64,000 bases of DNA from Callorhinchus milii (lineage: Eukaryota), in assembly GCF_018977255.1 (NCBI RefSeq), contig NW_024704743.1, positions 6,264,001 to 6,328,000 of the forward strand. The letters run 5' to 3'. Position numbers and translations under genes: made by a program. Within the stretch, counting starts at the first letter, position 1. Each line of letters begins with the position of its first letter. The notes below the pieces were generated by a model that made no database searches, was not told where the DNA came from, and worked only from the letters and a program-made list of their open reading frames with translations. This document shows, piece by piece, positions 12,238-25,432 of the stretch.

Positions 12238-13700
12238 CCAAAATCGACAATGTCCACTCTGATGTCACTGTTTGAAGAGGAAAGTTCCCAACTACATACT
12301 GGAGTATCATCTATGCCTTTGAACAACTCTTTGGATGAAGTTCCTGGTGAGTTCACTCAGTTGTAAGTAATGCATAAATAATACAGCATTGTACAGCACT
12401 TCCTCCAGTCAAATCAAGATTATATTCCCCATTTGCTGGAGAATGATGATATTTGATAATCATGCCTCATTCAGAATAGATAAAATTATCTGCGGCTTTC
12501 ATACAGATTTAAATTTTGTAGAGTTCCAAATCCTCGTCCTCGGTTTCAAAGCCCTCCATGGTCTTACTCCTCTCTACCTCTGTTACCTGGTCTTCCCTCC
12601 GCTCAGTGAACTAGTAACATAGGAACATAGGAATAGGATTAGGCCATTCTGTCCCCTGAGCCTGTTTCCTCCATTCTATAAGATCATAGCTGATCTGAAT
12701 CTCAACTCCAATTACCTGCCCTTGCCTCATATTCCTTGATACACTCACCTAACAAACATCTATCCAACTGAACCCACCAGATTTCCATTACCCTTTTAGT
12801 GAAAAACTGCCTCCACTCCTAATTAGCCTAGCTTTAGTTTGAAGATTATGCCCCCTTCTTCTGGACTCTGGCCTGCTCCACTACCCGCCCCATTATCTGC
12901 AGTCAAGCCTTCTGCATTTCTGCTCCCACCCTTTTGTACCTTCATCCCCCAGTCGCTTTGTCTCGCCCCCTCCAAGAACTTCCTCTTTGACTGCACCTTC
13001 TGTCATCTTCCATCCTTCACCTTCCCTACCCTCAATGCCTCCTGATACCAACCTCCAGCTTGGATGACCAGCACTTTGGGATGTCCTCCCAACATGAATT
13101 GTGCTACAAAACTGTAATTTATTGCTTGTTGTTGTTTGTAATAGGGACTGTGCATCAATATATGGAGCAATATATGGAGTAGAATTGACTAAATCTATAA
13201 GAGGATCTTTTTATGGCCTGCAAACTATGACCTTGATGGCAACAATAATCCTTAAATTTGATCAAATGCCTTATCATATCATCAAAACATTTCAAATCGC
13301 CTCACATGGATTTTACTATGAAATCTAGTGACTGGATATTTGTAGGCAAATCAAATGATGGACCAAATGGCTTTTTCTCATTTCCTGCTTTGTTACTTTC
13401 TTCTGCCTGCACAACATAGCTGCTGAATGCGGAGAACTTTTACCAATTGAGTCATTGGGGAAAATTCACATTGTAATTTTCTTAACTAAAAGTTGCATTG
13501 TTTTAATTTACTGCTACATGTTAATATCAGTTTGAATGTTTTTTTTTGGCATCCTGGAGCACTATACAAACAATGGTATGGCTCTTGAACTGTAACTAAA
13601 TTCTTGTAAGATTTTCTTTTTATAATTTGGTTTTATAAATAATCAATATTGAGATCAATGTTCATTAAGTTAATGTTTCACATTTTTGACATGTTGTATT
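12238..13700 (+). pseudogene. Relic third PKS copy: last 42 codons (PKSTMSTLMSLFEEESSQLHTGVSSMPLNNSLDEVPGEFTQL*, stop at 12366) plus diverged 3' flank
   Basis: Aligns by eye to 5984-6112 and patchily to the flank out to ~7790 (e.g. GAGTCATTGGGGAAAATTCACATTGTAATTT at ~13450 and ~7541). Confidence 0.85.
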
Positions 13701-14189
13701 AATCAGTGCTCAGCCCCTAGACTCTGGAACTCCATCCCCCAGTGCCTTCGCCTTGCTTCCTCCCTTTCCTCCTTCAAGGTCGGTCTCAAGTCCTTTCTCT
13801 TCGACCGTGCCTTCAGCTCCCCTCTCGACTCTCTACCCCCTCCTCGCTCGGGTCCCGACCTAACTGTCCAGCACCTTGGGACATTCTCCTGACGTGAAAG
13901 GCACTTTATAAATGAAATCGTGTTGTTGTTGTTCTTCACTCAAAGGGTGGTGAATGTATGGAACTCGCTACCCCAAAGGGCTGTTGACGCTCAGTCCTTG
14001 AACATATTCAAGACTGAGATAGATATATTTCTTATTGCAAAAGGGATTAAGGGATATGGGGATAAGGCAGGGTTAGGTTATTAGCTGGAGTTAGATTAGA
14101 AGATCAGCCATGATTGTATGGTGGGGCAGGCTCGAAGGGCCAAATGGCCTACTCCTGCTCCTAAATGTTATGCTAAGTTATGTTATGTT

Positions 14190-17100
14190 GGTCTCAGTGG
14201 TCCGGTTCCTGAGCCAGGCGAGTCCGTAGTATTCCCAGGCACAGCTGATGACAGCACAGCCAGCCTGATTCATGGAAGGGCAGAAAAGTCACTTGGAGCA
14301 AGGAATCATTCCACTCAGCTCATGTTAACCCTGCAATCCAAAGCCCTAATGGGTAAGATAGTCCTAGCTGGAAAAGCAGCGAGAAAGCTTGTCAGAAAGC
14401 GATATCAACGGCAAGCTATGAGGATTTATCTGGTTGGACTCCAGCAGTATCCCAATGCACACACTCGAGTCCCTAAGTAGGTTTTTACAAGATGGGGACA
14501 AACAAGAAATAAATGAATAATGAAGTTGTCATTGACACCAATACCTGGACATCAACAGTGCAAGAGTGGGAATTATTACCCCCGGAAACGAATCTGCCAA
14601 TCGACTAACACCCAGATTCCTATTTACTGTTAGGTAAACAGAGGCATATAGAGTAAGGAAACTTGCTGAATGTTTCTCCCTGCACGGGAATCAAACCCAG
14701 GTTCTCTCTTGTTTGTGAGGCAAGAGCGCTAACCACAATACTATAGGACTTGACATGCAATGAGAGATAGTGGCTATATTTACAATGTTTGATAATTAAG
14801 ACTAGTGTTGCTTGGTTCCTGCACTATGCAAGGTTTTAGTGTAAAACTAATATGCCAAGATACACATTCAAACTACAAAACACTCAGGTTCAAATAAAAT
14901 GGGTGGACCTGGACAGAAACAAACCAATTATCTGGAAAGTGCTTTGGCGGTACCACCTGTTGGCTTATCTTCATGTCATTATAAACTATTCAACACCATA
15001 AATTGTACCATAATGTTGCCTCACCATTGACCTAAATAGAGGGCAACCTCATTATAATATCCCTTTCGCATAGATTCACTTATACTGCTGCTTCTTCTTC
15101 TCAGCTCCTGATAACTCTGCAACCTAATGTCCTAATGGGTGGGGATCCTAGCTGTGCAAGTAGTGGAGAGCTTGCTAGACAGTGATCTTACTAGTAAGTC
15201 TTGTGGTTTTAGCTGGTTACATTTCAATGCACACTCTGGGGACCTCAAACCTTATCGCTTGCCAATCTGTGTTATAAAGACACAAGTTGGCAAACTGGGT
15301 GAATCCTTCTGGGAAGAGGGTGCACAATCCATTCCTGACAAGAGGACATCTCACCTGAATATTTTGCAGCTTTGCTGAGTGAGTTGGAACTTCATCAATA
15401 AACCTCAGCCACCGCTGATAAAATACATTTTCTGGTGCCTCGTCACCTCAAAAATAATAATCAAGTGACCGCACATCCCCATTTTCTGAGGATAGTCCCG
15501 GATGAGGAATTTTGCCCCTGGCCAAATTTGTATTTCTTATTGGAAGGATGACCCAAAGCACTTCACAGGATTTACTATGAAGTGAGTTGACTGTATTTTA
15601 TGGATGACTGCACAACAATGTCCCAAAAACAACCATGAAGTAAATTGCCAATTTTATTTTGGGGATTGCTGTCCAGAAGAAATTCCCTTCCCTTTTTGAA
15701 TAATGCCATGGGATTTTTAACATCCACCTGATCAGGCAGCCGGGGCCTCGAATAAACATATCATCCGAAGGGCTGCCCAACCAGTATATTGGATACTAAT
15801 TGATAAATAAGGACCAATTGACTGGGACCAATGGAAGGAAATCAGGAGGGAGAGAAAGTAGGAAGAACTAAGTAACGGGTGTTTGGTGTGACTGTTGGAT
15901 TTTATAACTAAAATGAAAGAGTGTTTTACACATGGTTTGTTGAGAACATAACAGAGGAACCCTCCCACTCCCCCACCATTGGACTGGGGTCGTATTAGAC
16001 TGGGAAGGTACAACTAGCAGCCCTCTGGCCGAATCCGGCCCTGGGGGATGATTTCATCCAACCTGGAAACCATTTCCAATTTCCGGCCGCCTGCCCACAA
16101 ACCCACACCACACAAATGGTTCCCTCATTACAGCAGCTCAATGCGTGTGGGTCGTGGAAACAACACTGGCCATTTGCCGAGCTCAGGGGAAGGCAAGTGG
16201 GTCTCCTGAATGACTGCCGCCTGCCAGATAATGAGCCACTCCGGGAGAGCAGCCGTTCACATACCCTAGATAATTGCCAAACTAGAAGTGAAGCTGTTTC
16301 AGCTCATTAAGACCCAATCTCTTTCTTTGCGATGACAAACATTCTCCCTAATTTAGTCTTTTAAATTATTTTTTAAATCTTTTAAAATTTTTAAATCTTC
16401 CCACCTGGCCTTTGCCAAGTTGGCTTGCTTCATGTCCCCCCAACAACACTCTAGAGCTCCATTCCCTGAGCGCTTCCAACTCAGCCCCCCCCTCGCTTCC
16501 CTCGTTCAAGCAACTCCATAGTCTAGCTCTCCCACTGCAACCTACCAACCTCCCCGACCATCCTGCCAGCTCTTTCCGCTCAGCGGGCTCCAGCCTGCTT
16601 CACGTCCTCTGCCTCCCATTCCCCACCATTGGCGGGCAGGCCTTCAGCCACTCTGCCACCACCCTCTGGAACTCCATCCCACCTCGCCTCGCTTCCTCCA
16701 TTGCCTTCTTCAAGACCCGTCTCATCGTCCTCTTCAACCGTGCCTTCCATCACCTTCGGTCCCCCCCTGCCCTCCCTCCTTCCCGACCCCCAGCTCGGTT
16801 CCGAAACACTGATTGTCCAGCACATTGGGACGGCCTCCCACCCTGAAAGGCGCTATACACATGTAATTGTAGTTGTTGTTGTTCAAACCACATCAGGAGC
16901 TAACTCTTGACCACCCGGCACCTGCGCTGGGGCTGGGAGTGTCGATCGCTGTGAGATGGCTTTCCCACATGAAAATGAAGATATTTCAATATTATGTTCA
17001 TGTTTGTGGAAAGGAAACAACAAAATATTGCTTATGAGGCCCGTGACCTTTCTCAAATCTGGCATCCAGCCCTCAGCAGCCAAAAGGTTGTATAGCCTGT

Positions 17101-17995
17101 CTTAGTTGATGTGAGTTCAAATCATGTGGGGCTTGAACCCACTATATGGGCCATAAAATAGTCCGTGTCAGAGAGGACTCAATAGACTGACTGGTCTTCT
17201 GTTCCTGATTGCCTATGTACGTGTTAGTCTTCATTGGCCGGTGGGTGGCAATCGGATTACTCGCATGGCCAGTGGTAAGTAAAGTATTGTCTGCTTTGGG
17301 CAGTATATTTGATTGATGTGATAATTATTCTATCACAGGTTATACTACATGTTGAGGTTTGGATCTCACAAAGTTAATGCTGTTACTGAAGCAAACATGG
17401 CGGAGGTATTGACCAGCAATATTCCAAACAATAAAAAAAGTAGTCAATTAAACTAGTTATTTGAGATGAATTTTGCTGCAGAAGGGGATATTAGCCAGAA
17501 TGACCTCAAGAAATTTCCTACGCGTCTTTGAAATTGTGGTTTGGGATCTTTGAACATCCACTTGCATCACAAAACAAATCAGTCCTTGGTTTAACAATCA
17601 TTCCAATATCAAATCATCTGGAATGATAAGTAATATTGTTTTGATATAGTGCTCTATCGTGTCATTGACACATCTCAAAGCATTTCACAAGATTTTACTG
17701 TGAAGTGTAGTGTCCATGTGTTTTGTAGGCTATCGCTGCAGCCAATTTGCCCCGAGGAACGTCCCACAAACAGTCACAATGTGAAGGAATAAATAATGCT
17801 GTACTTGTGTTGAATATAAACAACTCAGGCACTTCAAAGTCCACAGTTGAAATGTTTCCACTGTGATCCTCAGTATGCTACTTACAGAACATGCTGTTCC
17901 TCCAACACACAGCAAACCTATTTTTGGACAGTTGGTTAATTTGATGGTAATTTAATCCGAGTGTTACTTTCTGTGCGTTTTCCAAATGCATAGTA
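14190..17995 (+). repeat. Direct segmental duplicate of 59380-64000, with internal deletions
   Basis: Paired spurious ORFs (15139/60357, 16116/61646, 16883/62859, 17730/63691) and collinear unique sequence ending GCGTTTTCCAAATGCATAGT in both. Confidence 0.92.
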
Positions 17996-20790
17996 TCTGT
18001 TGTATTTGAGTTTGCCATCCACAAATTTCTAAAGTATAAATCGAACACCCAAAGGTCTATGGTTTACCCTTTGGGTTTGTGTTTTGTTATGCTGAGGTCA
18101 AAGTTCTTAGATTATTCAGGTGTAAATAATAGTCATGATGCAAATTGCACAAACATGGATTTTACCTAACTTATTTTAAATTCACACAGTATTTTATAAT
18201 CACAATACACTTCCTCCCCGCTTTACTCTTGGGGCGTCTGTTACAAGTTAGGATGTTACCATCCAAATGTTTCAGCTTCATTTAAAGGCATTGGTACCAC
18301 TCAGAATCAGCCACACTTGGAAAATGAGTGGAATAATAACATTATAAATAATAATAATCATTGCATTTGATATAGCGCCTTATAGCATAATTGAGACATA
18401 TGAAAGAACATCACAGGATGTATTGTAAAGTAAGACAAAACCAGAGATCGATGGGAACACTCAGCATTCTATGGAGGAAGTTGTGGGTCCATGGCCCTTC
18501 GTCAGAACTGTAGTATTTTGCATTTTAGACACTTCCAGTATCTGCAGTATTGTGTTTTATTTAGGTATTGTAAAGTATTTTGACTGTGTATTGTGTGGGG
18601 TGAAATGTGGCAGCCAGTTGCACACAGTAATGTCCCACAAACAGCCATGGAGTGAGTGACCAGTTTTATTTGGGGGTCATCCTCACGAGACCGAGTTCTG
18701 CGTGGGTTGAAGAAAGTTCTCAAGCAGTTGTACAATGGCATTGCTCAAAAGGAGAAGGGATCTTCTCCTAGTATCCTGGTCAACATTCCTTCAGCTAATT
18801 CATACTTGCATTCAAACATACATTCACAACAGTTGGCAATAATTACCCGTAAAGCACTTTGAGACATTTCTACGTTATAGTTGCTATATCAAAATGAAAA
18901 TTTGTTTTAAAATTTCTATCCCACCTAAAATGTTTCAGGAAATGAGTTTAATGTTGACATCTCAAATGAACAGTCTTAGTCCTCAGTTTTAAATAAGGAA
19001 ACTAAGGTGATGGTTTATTATTATCAATTTTTTTTACAAGCCTTTCATTTGGTATAGTGTCTTTTAAGTTGGGTGATGTCTCAAAGAGTTTCACTGTGTA
19101 TTTATTGTGCAGTGCTGCTGTGTATTTGTAGCAAAATGCAACAGCCCATTTGCACACAACCATGTGCCACAAACAACCAGAAAATGAATGACCAATTTTA
19201 CTCGGGGGATTGTTGGCCAGGACACTGGGAGAAACTCCCTTCTCGTGGTTTCAGGATGATTTTTCAGTCCACCGTGAAAGTTTGCTTCCCATAAGCAAAG
19301 TACAAATGAAAAAGTCCCTTTGTCCCAAATTTACAGAAGACAATCTGTCCATCTGAGATTGATGATGTCAACCGCTGGCATAGGGTTAATTTCCACATGC
19401 ATTCAGGTGACACCCATCTCTATCTCTCTGGCTCCACCCTCGACTCCAGGATTACTGCTATCCTGACGGATTGTCTGTCAGACATCAAGTCCCAGATGAG
19501 AGCCAATGTTTTCCAGTTGCACATTGACAAGTCTGAGGCCCTCCTGTTTGGCTCTCATCAGTGCCTTCTCACTTCAGGTGCTGATTGCATCAGCATCCAC
19601 ATCTGCAATCCCCACCATACATAGCTAGTACAGAACTGTGGTTCCTGTTTGATGCTTAATTCTCCTTTGAACCACACATCTGGGCAACGATCCATTTAGC
19701 GTTCCCCCACCTCTGTAACATTGCCGCCTCCGCCACTGCCTTTCCCCTCAGGACGCTGAGATCCTCATTCATGCATTCATCACGTCCAGGCTCAACTAAG
19801 CTAACTCCCTGTTCGCCAAACTCTTTCCTCCACAAGCTGCAAAATAATCAGAACTCTGCAGCTTGTGTTCTGTCCGTTACCAAACTCCGTCACCCAGTTC
19901 CGGCTCTACCGGCTCCGCATTCCCCAGAGATTTGATTTTAAAATCCTGGTCCGCACTTCTAAAGCCCTCCATGGACCAGCTCCTCCACATCTCTGCGACC
20001 TATCAACACCACACCAACCTGTCCACTCCCTCTGCTTGGCCAGCACAAACCTGCTCCATATCCCATTGGTGGTTGGACCTTCAGGTCTTCTGTCCACGCC
20101 CTCTGGAACTCCATCCAGAATCCCTCTGCCTCACCCTCTCCACTGCCTCTTTCAAACCTCGTCTAGGACTTTCCACTTTGATCGTGCTTTCGGCCACCAT
20201 CCCCCCACCCTCCGACACTCTTGATTCCAGCTCCCATCTCAGTTGCAAACTCCTGGCTGTCCCTCGCCTTGAGGTCTCCTTCCGATGGAAAGGTGCTTAA
20301 TAAATGTAATTTTGTTGTTGTTTTTGTTAACCTGTTCCAGCTGTTAGTTATTCTCTGTAAAAAAAAANCTTCCTGTACTAAGTTTCCCTTCACAACCATG
20401 ACACTAATGCCCTCTTGTCTTGCTTCTTTTTATTTTAAACATTAAGGCACAATTGCAGTACATTGCAATGTTGAACTCTATTTTGTCCACATGATGACAC
20501 TGTTCATTGAATCCCATAGAATACAATAAAAGAAACATTGCTATAACACAATCGTCTAGGTCCAATGTCTCATTGACTGGGTTATAATTAAGGCGTGATA
20601 AAATGGCCTACTTCAGGTCAATAATCTTAATAACAGTGGGGTTCAACCCATCAAAAGATTGTTTTATAATTTCTGTCCTTTAGACTGTATGAGGACCATT
20701 GTGGTTTATGGTTGATTCACCAAAGGGTAGACAAGCTATAGTCTATTGCAGGATTAACCAGTACAGTATATTTTATAGCAGGTTGTTTGG

Positions 20791-21478
20791 AGTTCAACAA
20801 CAACAACAGCAAGATTACATTTGTATAGCGCCTTTCACGTCGGGCGGACGTCCCAAGGCACTGGACAGAGTACAGTATTTCAGACCCAAGCTGGGATCGG
20901 GGCGGGGGAAGGCAGGGGAGGGAAAGGGGGTGGACGATGGCAAGGTCAAAGAGGAGGTCTTGAGGCAGGACTCGAAGGAGGATAATGAGGGGGCGAGTGG
21001 GAGTGATTGGGGGATGGAATTCCAGAGGTTGGGGGCAGAGTGGCTGAAGGCTCTCCCGCCAATGGTGGGGCGGGTGGGTCGGGAGACGTGAAGCAGGCCA
21101 GAGCCGGCAGAGTGAAGGGAACGGGGGGGTTGGTAGGGGGTTATGAGGTCTCAGAGGTAGGGTGGGGTGAGGCCATGGAGGCTTTTGTATGTGAAGACCA
21201 GGATCTTTAACTGGATCCTCTGAAGGATAGGGAGCCAATGGAATCGGGCGAGAATGGGGGAGATGGGGTCACGGAGTTTGGTGCGGGAGAGGACACGGGC
21301 TGCAGAGTTCTGGATTACCTGCAGCCTGTGGAGGGGGGAGTTGGCAAGGCCGATAAGCAGTGCGGTGGCATAGTCGAGCCTGGAGGTGATGAAGGCATGA
21401 ACAAGAGTTTCAGCGGTCTGAGGGGTGAGGTAGTGGCAGAGACGGGCGATATTACGGAGGTGAGGGAAGGCATACTAA
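20791..21478 (-). mobile_element. L2 LINE 3' fragment, present only in the right arm
   Basis: (TTG)n tail at ~20793-20810; interrupts the sequence GCAGGTTGTTTGGAG|CACATAATAAGAAC, which is contiguous in the left arm at ~10210-10240. Confidence 0.82.
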
Positions 21479-24400
21479 GAGTACATAATAAGAACACAAG
21501 AATTTGCCAGGCGAAAGATGAGCCTATTCCATAAAAGTAATTTACTACGCTCTCACTGAAGCAGTGTTTCCGCAGATGTGTTCTGAATTTACTCCCCTTC
21601 AGTCGCAGGCTGTGCTCTCTGGTTCTACTGTTCAGCAAAAGACAATCAGCTTGTCATGGTCTACATTATCTATTCCCTACAGATTCTTAAAGACTGTAAC
21701 CATATCGCCCCTCGACCTTCTCTTCTCCAGTGTGAACATGTCCAGTTATCTAATCGCTCCTCGTCATCCAGTCCTTCCATCCCCTCAATCATTTTGGTTG
21801 CCCTCCTCTGTATCCTCTCAATCCTTCCTATATTGCCGTGACCAGAACCACATACAGTATTCCAAGTGTAGTCGCAACTGTGATTGATAAATTGGCAGGA
21901 TTGCCCCAATATTTCAGTTCAATGTTGCCCTGTTAATACAGCCGAGCGTCTGGTCTGCCTTAGTCACTGCTTCCGAGCACTGTTGGGATAGCTTCATTTT
22001 ATTATCACTCAGGATCCCTGGATCCTTTTGATTTTCCGTACAGAAGATTTTCTTACCATTTAAATAATAGTCACTTCCTGGATTTTTTTGTCCCCATGTG
22101 AAAAGCACTTTCATTTCTCTACATTTTAAATTTTAATAATAATCCTTGCATTTGATATGGTGCCTTATCACAATGTGGAGATGTTTCAAATAACTTCAAA
22201 GAACATGTGTAAAGTGGATTGACTGTACATTTTGTGGATATAAACATGCTACCAGTTGCGTTTCCTGGGGGTGTGTATGTACATTTGTGGGTGGATATCC
22301 TAGGCTTTAGATTGTGATTCTATGAGAATGGGATCATTTTTCTATTTTTATACTACTTCCAATTATCAAAAGAAGCAATTTTAAACAAGGGCTGTATTAT
22401 TGATAACATTGAGAGGATATTCCAAAGTGTTTTACAGGATATACTGTATGAGAAAACAACAGCTCCTCTGCTTTGAGAGAAGACCAGCAGCAGAGCAGAT
22501 ATTTAGTTTCAACGCAAAGGCTGTAATGTTGGCATAAAGCCTGACAAATCATATTCTCGGTGGTCTTGTGAGAAACACTGTTTGATTCTTATCCCCCAAA
22601 AATCTTCAAGATGCGTGGAGTTGTTTGGCTACTGAAGGGCACGTAGTTTATATCAGTTGATACACCTACCTTGCCACTCTGCTGGATTCGTGAACCCATA
22701 ATGAATGTACCCTAGTACCTGATGGCAGAAACCCTCAGGGACGCTACCCCAGGTGAAGGGCGCTATATAAATGCAAGTTGTTGTTGGTGGTGGACAAAGA
22801 ACATGAGAATTCTGTGTGGCTATTTTCCCCAGGGAACACACTTCACGTTTCCAGAAAACGGATGGGGAGATGAGAAGGGGGTGGCATTCGCAAAGACAGC
22901 AAAGTGAATCCCCTCAAATTTGGATTTAAAAGAGTCCATTGTCTCCTCACATTTGGAGTTGGAGGAGAGGACGAGCGATCAAGCCTTGGGAAGGTGGGCA
23001 GAGGAGCTGGGTTGTGGTACGTATGTCCAATTATAACCACTGGGTGGCGATTTAGCAAACTGCGTTAAGCTGAAATATATTACACGATATTGTATTATTT
23101 TATGTTTCCAACTGTGGACTCATTAGCAACGCTGTAGATCATTGGATGGAATTGCATTACAATGTAATACCTTATTGTGGCCATCGGTTGATGGGGCAGA
23201 GAACTGGGTTAAGTTATATGAAATTGTCATAGTCAAGTGTGGTCACTAAGCCAGGAGAACCAGACATATTCATGTTATACCCAATTGTAACCATATGGTG
23301 TTTCTTCAAATGAATAGATTGAATTATTGTATATTGAAGTGTAATATCTAAGTTTGGTCACTAGGTAACATATGAGTTGATATGGACTGAATTATGCAGT
23401 ATTATTGTGTAATGCCTGATTGTTGCCACACATTGATTGGAAATGTTTATATGGTGCTGTAATTTCCAGTTTATCTTCAGAATATTTGAAAATTGATAAA
23501 GAAATACAATTCAATATTTGTGCACTGACTTTATTCTGTTCCAATCTTTACAATCGAGGATTTCATCTGCAGCATTTGTTTTAATATTTTTCATGTTGTA
23601 AATTTATTTACAAATTATGACTATAAGATTCCAACAATGCTTTGAAAATTATTTTTAAATCAAAATAACATCAACATGTTTCATAATTGTTTAATTTAGT
23701 AAAAGATAATGTGCATACAGTAATACAGATTATTTTCAAAAGAATAGAACTCAGTAATACATGTCAAAAATGTGATCCATTAACACAGTGAACATTGATC
23801 TCAAGTTCATTATTTAAAAAGGAAAATTCATAAAAAGAGAATGCTAAAAGATTCCTGGAACTCAGTTACATTTCAAGTGTCTTTGTATAAGTCTTTGTGT
23901 TGTTCGTATAATGCTTCAGGTTGATTAAAAAANCATTCATAATGATATTAACAAATTAATACAGTGCAGCTTTTAGCAAATTACAATGTGAATTTTCCCC
24001 AATGACTCAAATGCATATTTTCTGTAAAGGAAAATCACCAAAATATTTGTCTATCCTCATTTATACCACATTTCCTCCTCTGCTGCTGCACTCCTTTCAA
24101 ATTCTGCATCTATATTTAGATGAAATTCTACAATCATATCCAGATAGCACAGATAATTAGACAAAACACCTCCACTGAGAGATACAAATGAGACAAACAA
24201 CTAATTTGTATTTTCCAATTATTTTTCCAACATTCCTGATTCCAACACCAGTCATATCAATCAATTCATAAAAATGTCAGAGAATATTCATTATTGGAAA
24301 CGATAATACTTATACCTTTTGACTTTACAATGAAGTGAAGTCACAATAACTGCAAACAAATTACAGTTGTGTAGCACAATTCATGTCAGGATATGTCCCA

Positions 24401-24776
24401 AAGTGCTGGACAGTCAGGGGTTTGCACCCAAGCTGAAGTCTGGGGTCAGAAGGCGTCAAGGGTAGGGAAGGTGGGGGCTGGAAGGTGCCAGAAGTTGCGG
24501 TTCTTTAGATGGATTTTGAAGGAGCCAAGGGAGGGGGCAAGGCATTGGGAATGTGGGATGGAGTTCCAAAAGCATGGGAGCAGAAAGGCAGAAGGCTTGA
24601 CTGCCGATGATGGGGCGGGTAGGACGGGGTCATAGAGTAGGCCAGAGTCCAGAGCAAGGGGCATAATCTTCAAATTAAAGCTAAACTAATTGGGAGTAGA
24701 ATCAGGAGGCAATTTTTCATCGAAAGGTAGTGGAAATCTGGTGGATGGAGGTGGATAGATGTTTATTAAGTAAGTG

Positions 24777-25060
24777 TAGTCCTGTAGCTCAGTGGTTAGA
24801 GCACTCGCTTTGCAAGCGAGAGACCTGGGTTCGATTACCGGCAGGGTGAAACCTTGGGCAACTTTCCTTACTCCACAAGCCTGATAATAATCCCTCAAAA
24901 AAAACAATAATAAACTGGTCATTTCAATCCACGACTGATTGTGGGACACTGCTGTGCGAAATTGGCTGCCGTGTTTCACCCAGAAATATACAGTCAACTC
25001 ATTTTACAGTCTATTCTGTGAAGCGCTTTGAGACGTCAAGAAAACGTGAAGATTATTATT
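24777..25060 (+). mobile_element. tRNA-derived Deu-like SINE (mirror of 6483-6765)
   Basis: GTCCTGTAGCTCAGTGGTTAGAGCACTCGCTTTGCAAGCGAGAGACCTGGGTTCGATT head. Confidence 0.85.
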
Positions 25061-25432
25061 AGAATTGTATTAAGGGATATGGGCAAGTTAATTGGAGTAG
25101 AGATTCAGATCAGCCATGATCTTATAGAATGGCGTAACAGGCCCAGGGGGCTGAATGGCTTACTTCTGCTCCTATGCTCCTAGACTGCTGAACGTAGGCC
25201 GTGTCGGGTTAGCAGGTCACAGAGCTAAGGAGGTGCAAGGCCATGGAGGGCTTTGAATGCGAGGATGAGGATTTTGAACTCTACAAAATTAAAATCTGTA
25301 TGAAAGCGGCAGAAAAGTTTATCTATTTTGGATGAGACAGGATTATCAAATATCATTCTCCAGCGAATGGGGAATATAATCTTGATTTGACTGGAGGAAG
25401 TGCTGTAAAATGCTGTATTATTTATGCATTAT

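Noticed and set aside
24777..24850. tRNA-Ala-like sequence (TGC anticodon-like), also at ~6700-6765, 32720-32792, 35631 and 46766
   Set aside because: These are SINE heads: each continues into the same body and tail, and the copies are variably degenerate.
6500..25000. Many 60-170 aa ORFs between the PKS copies
   Set aside because: They overlap SINE/LINE fragments or are mirrored only because of the duplication; no host-gene motifs.
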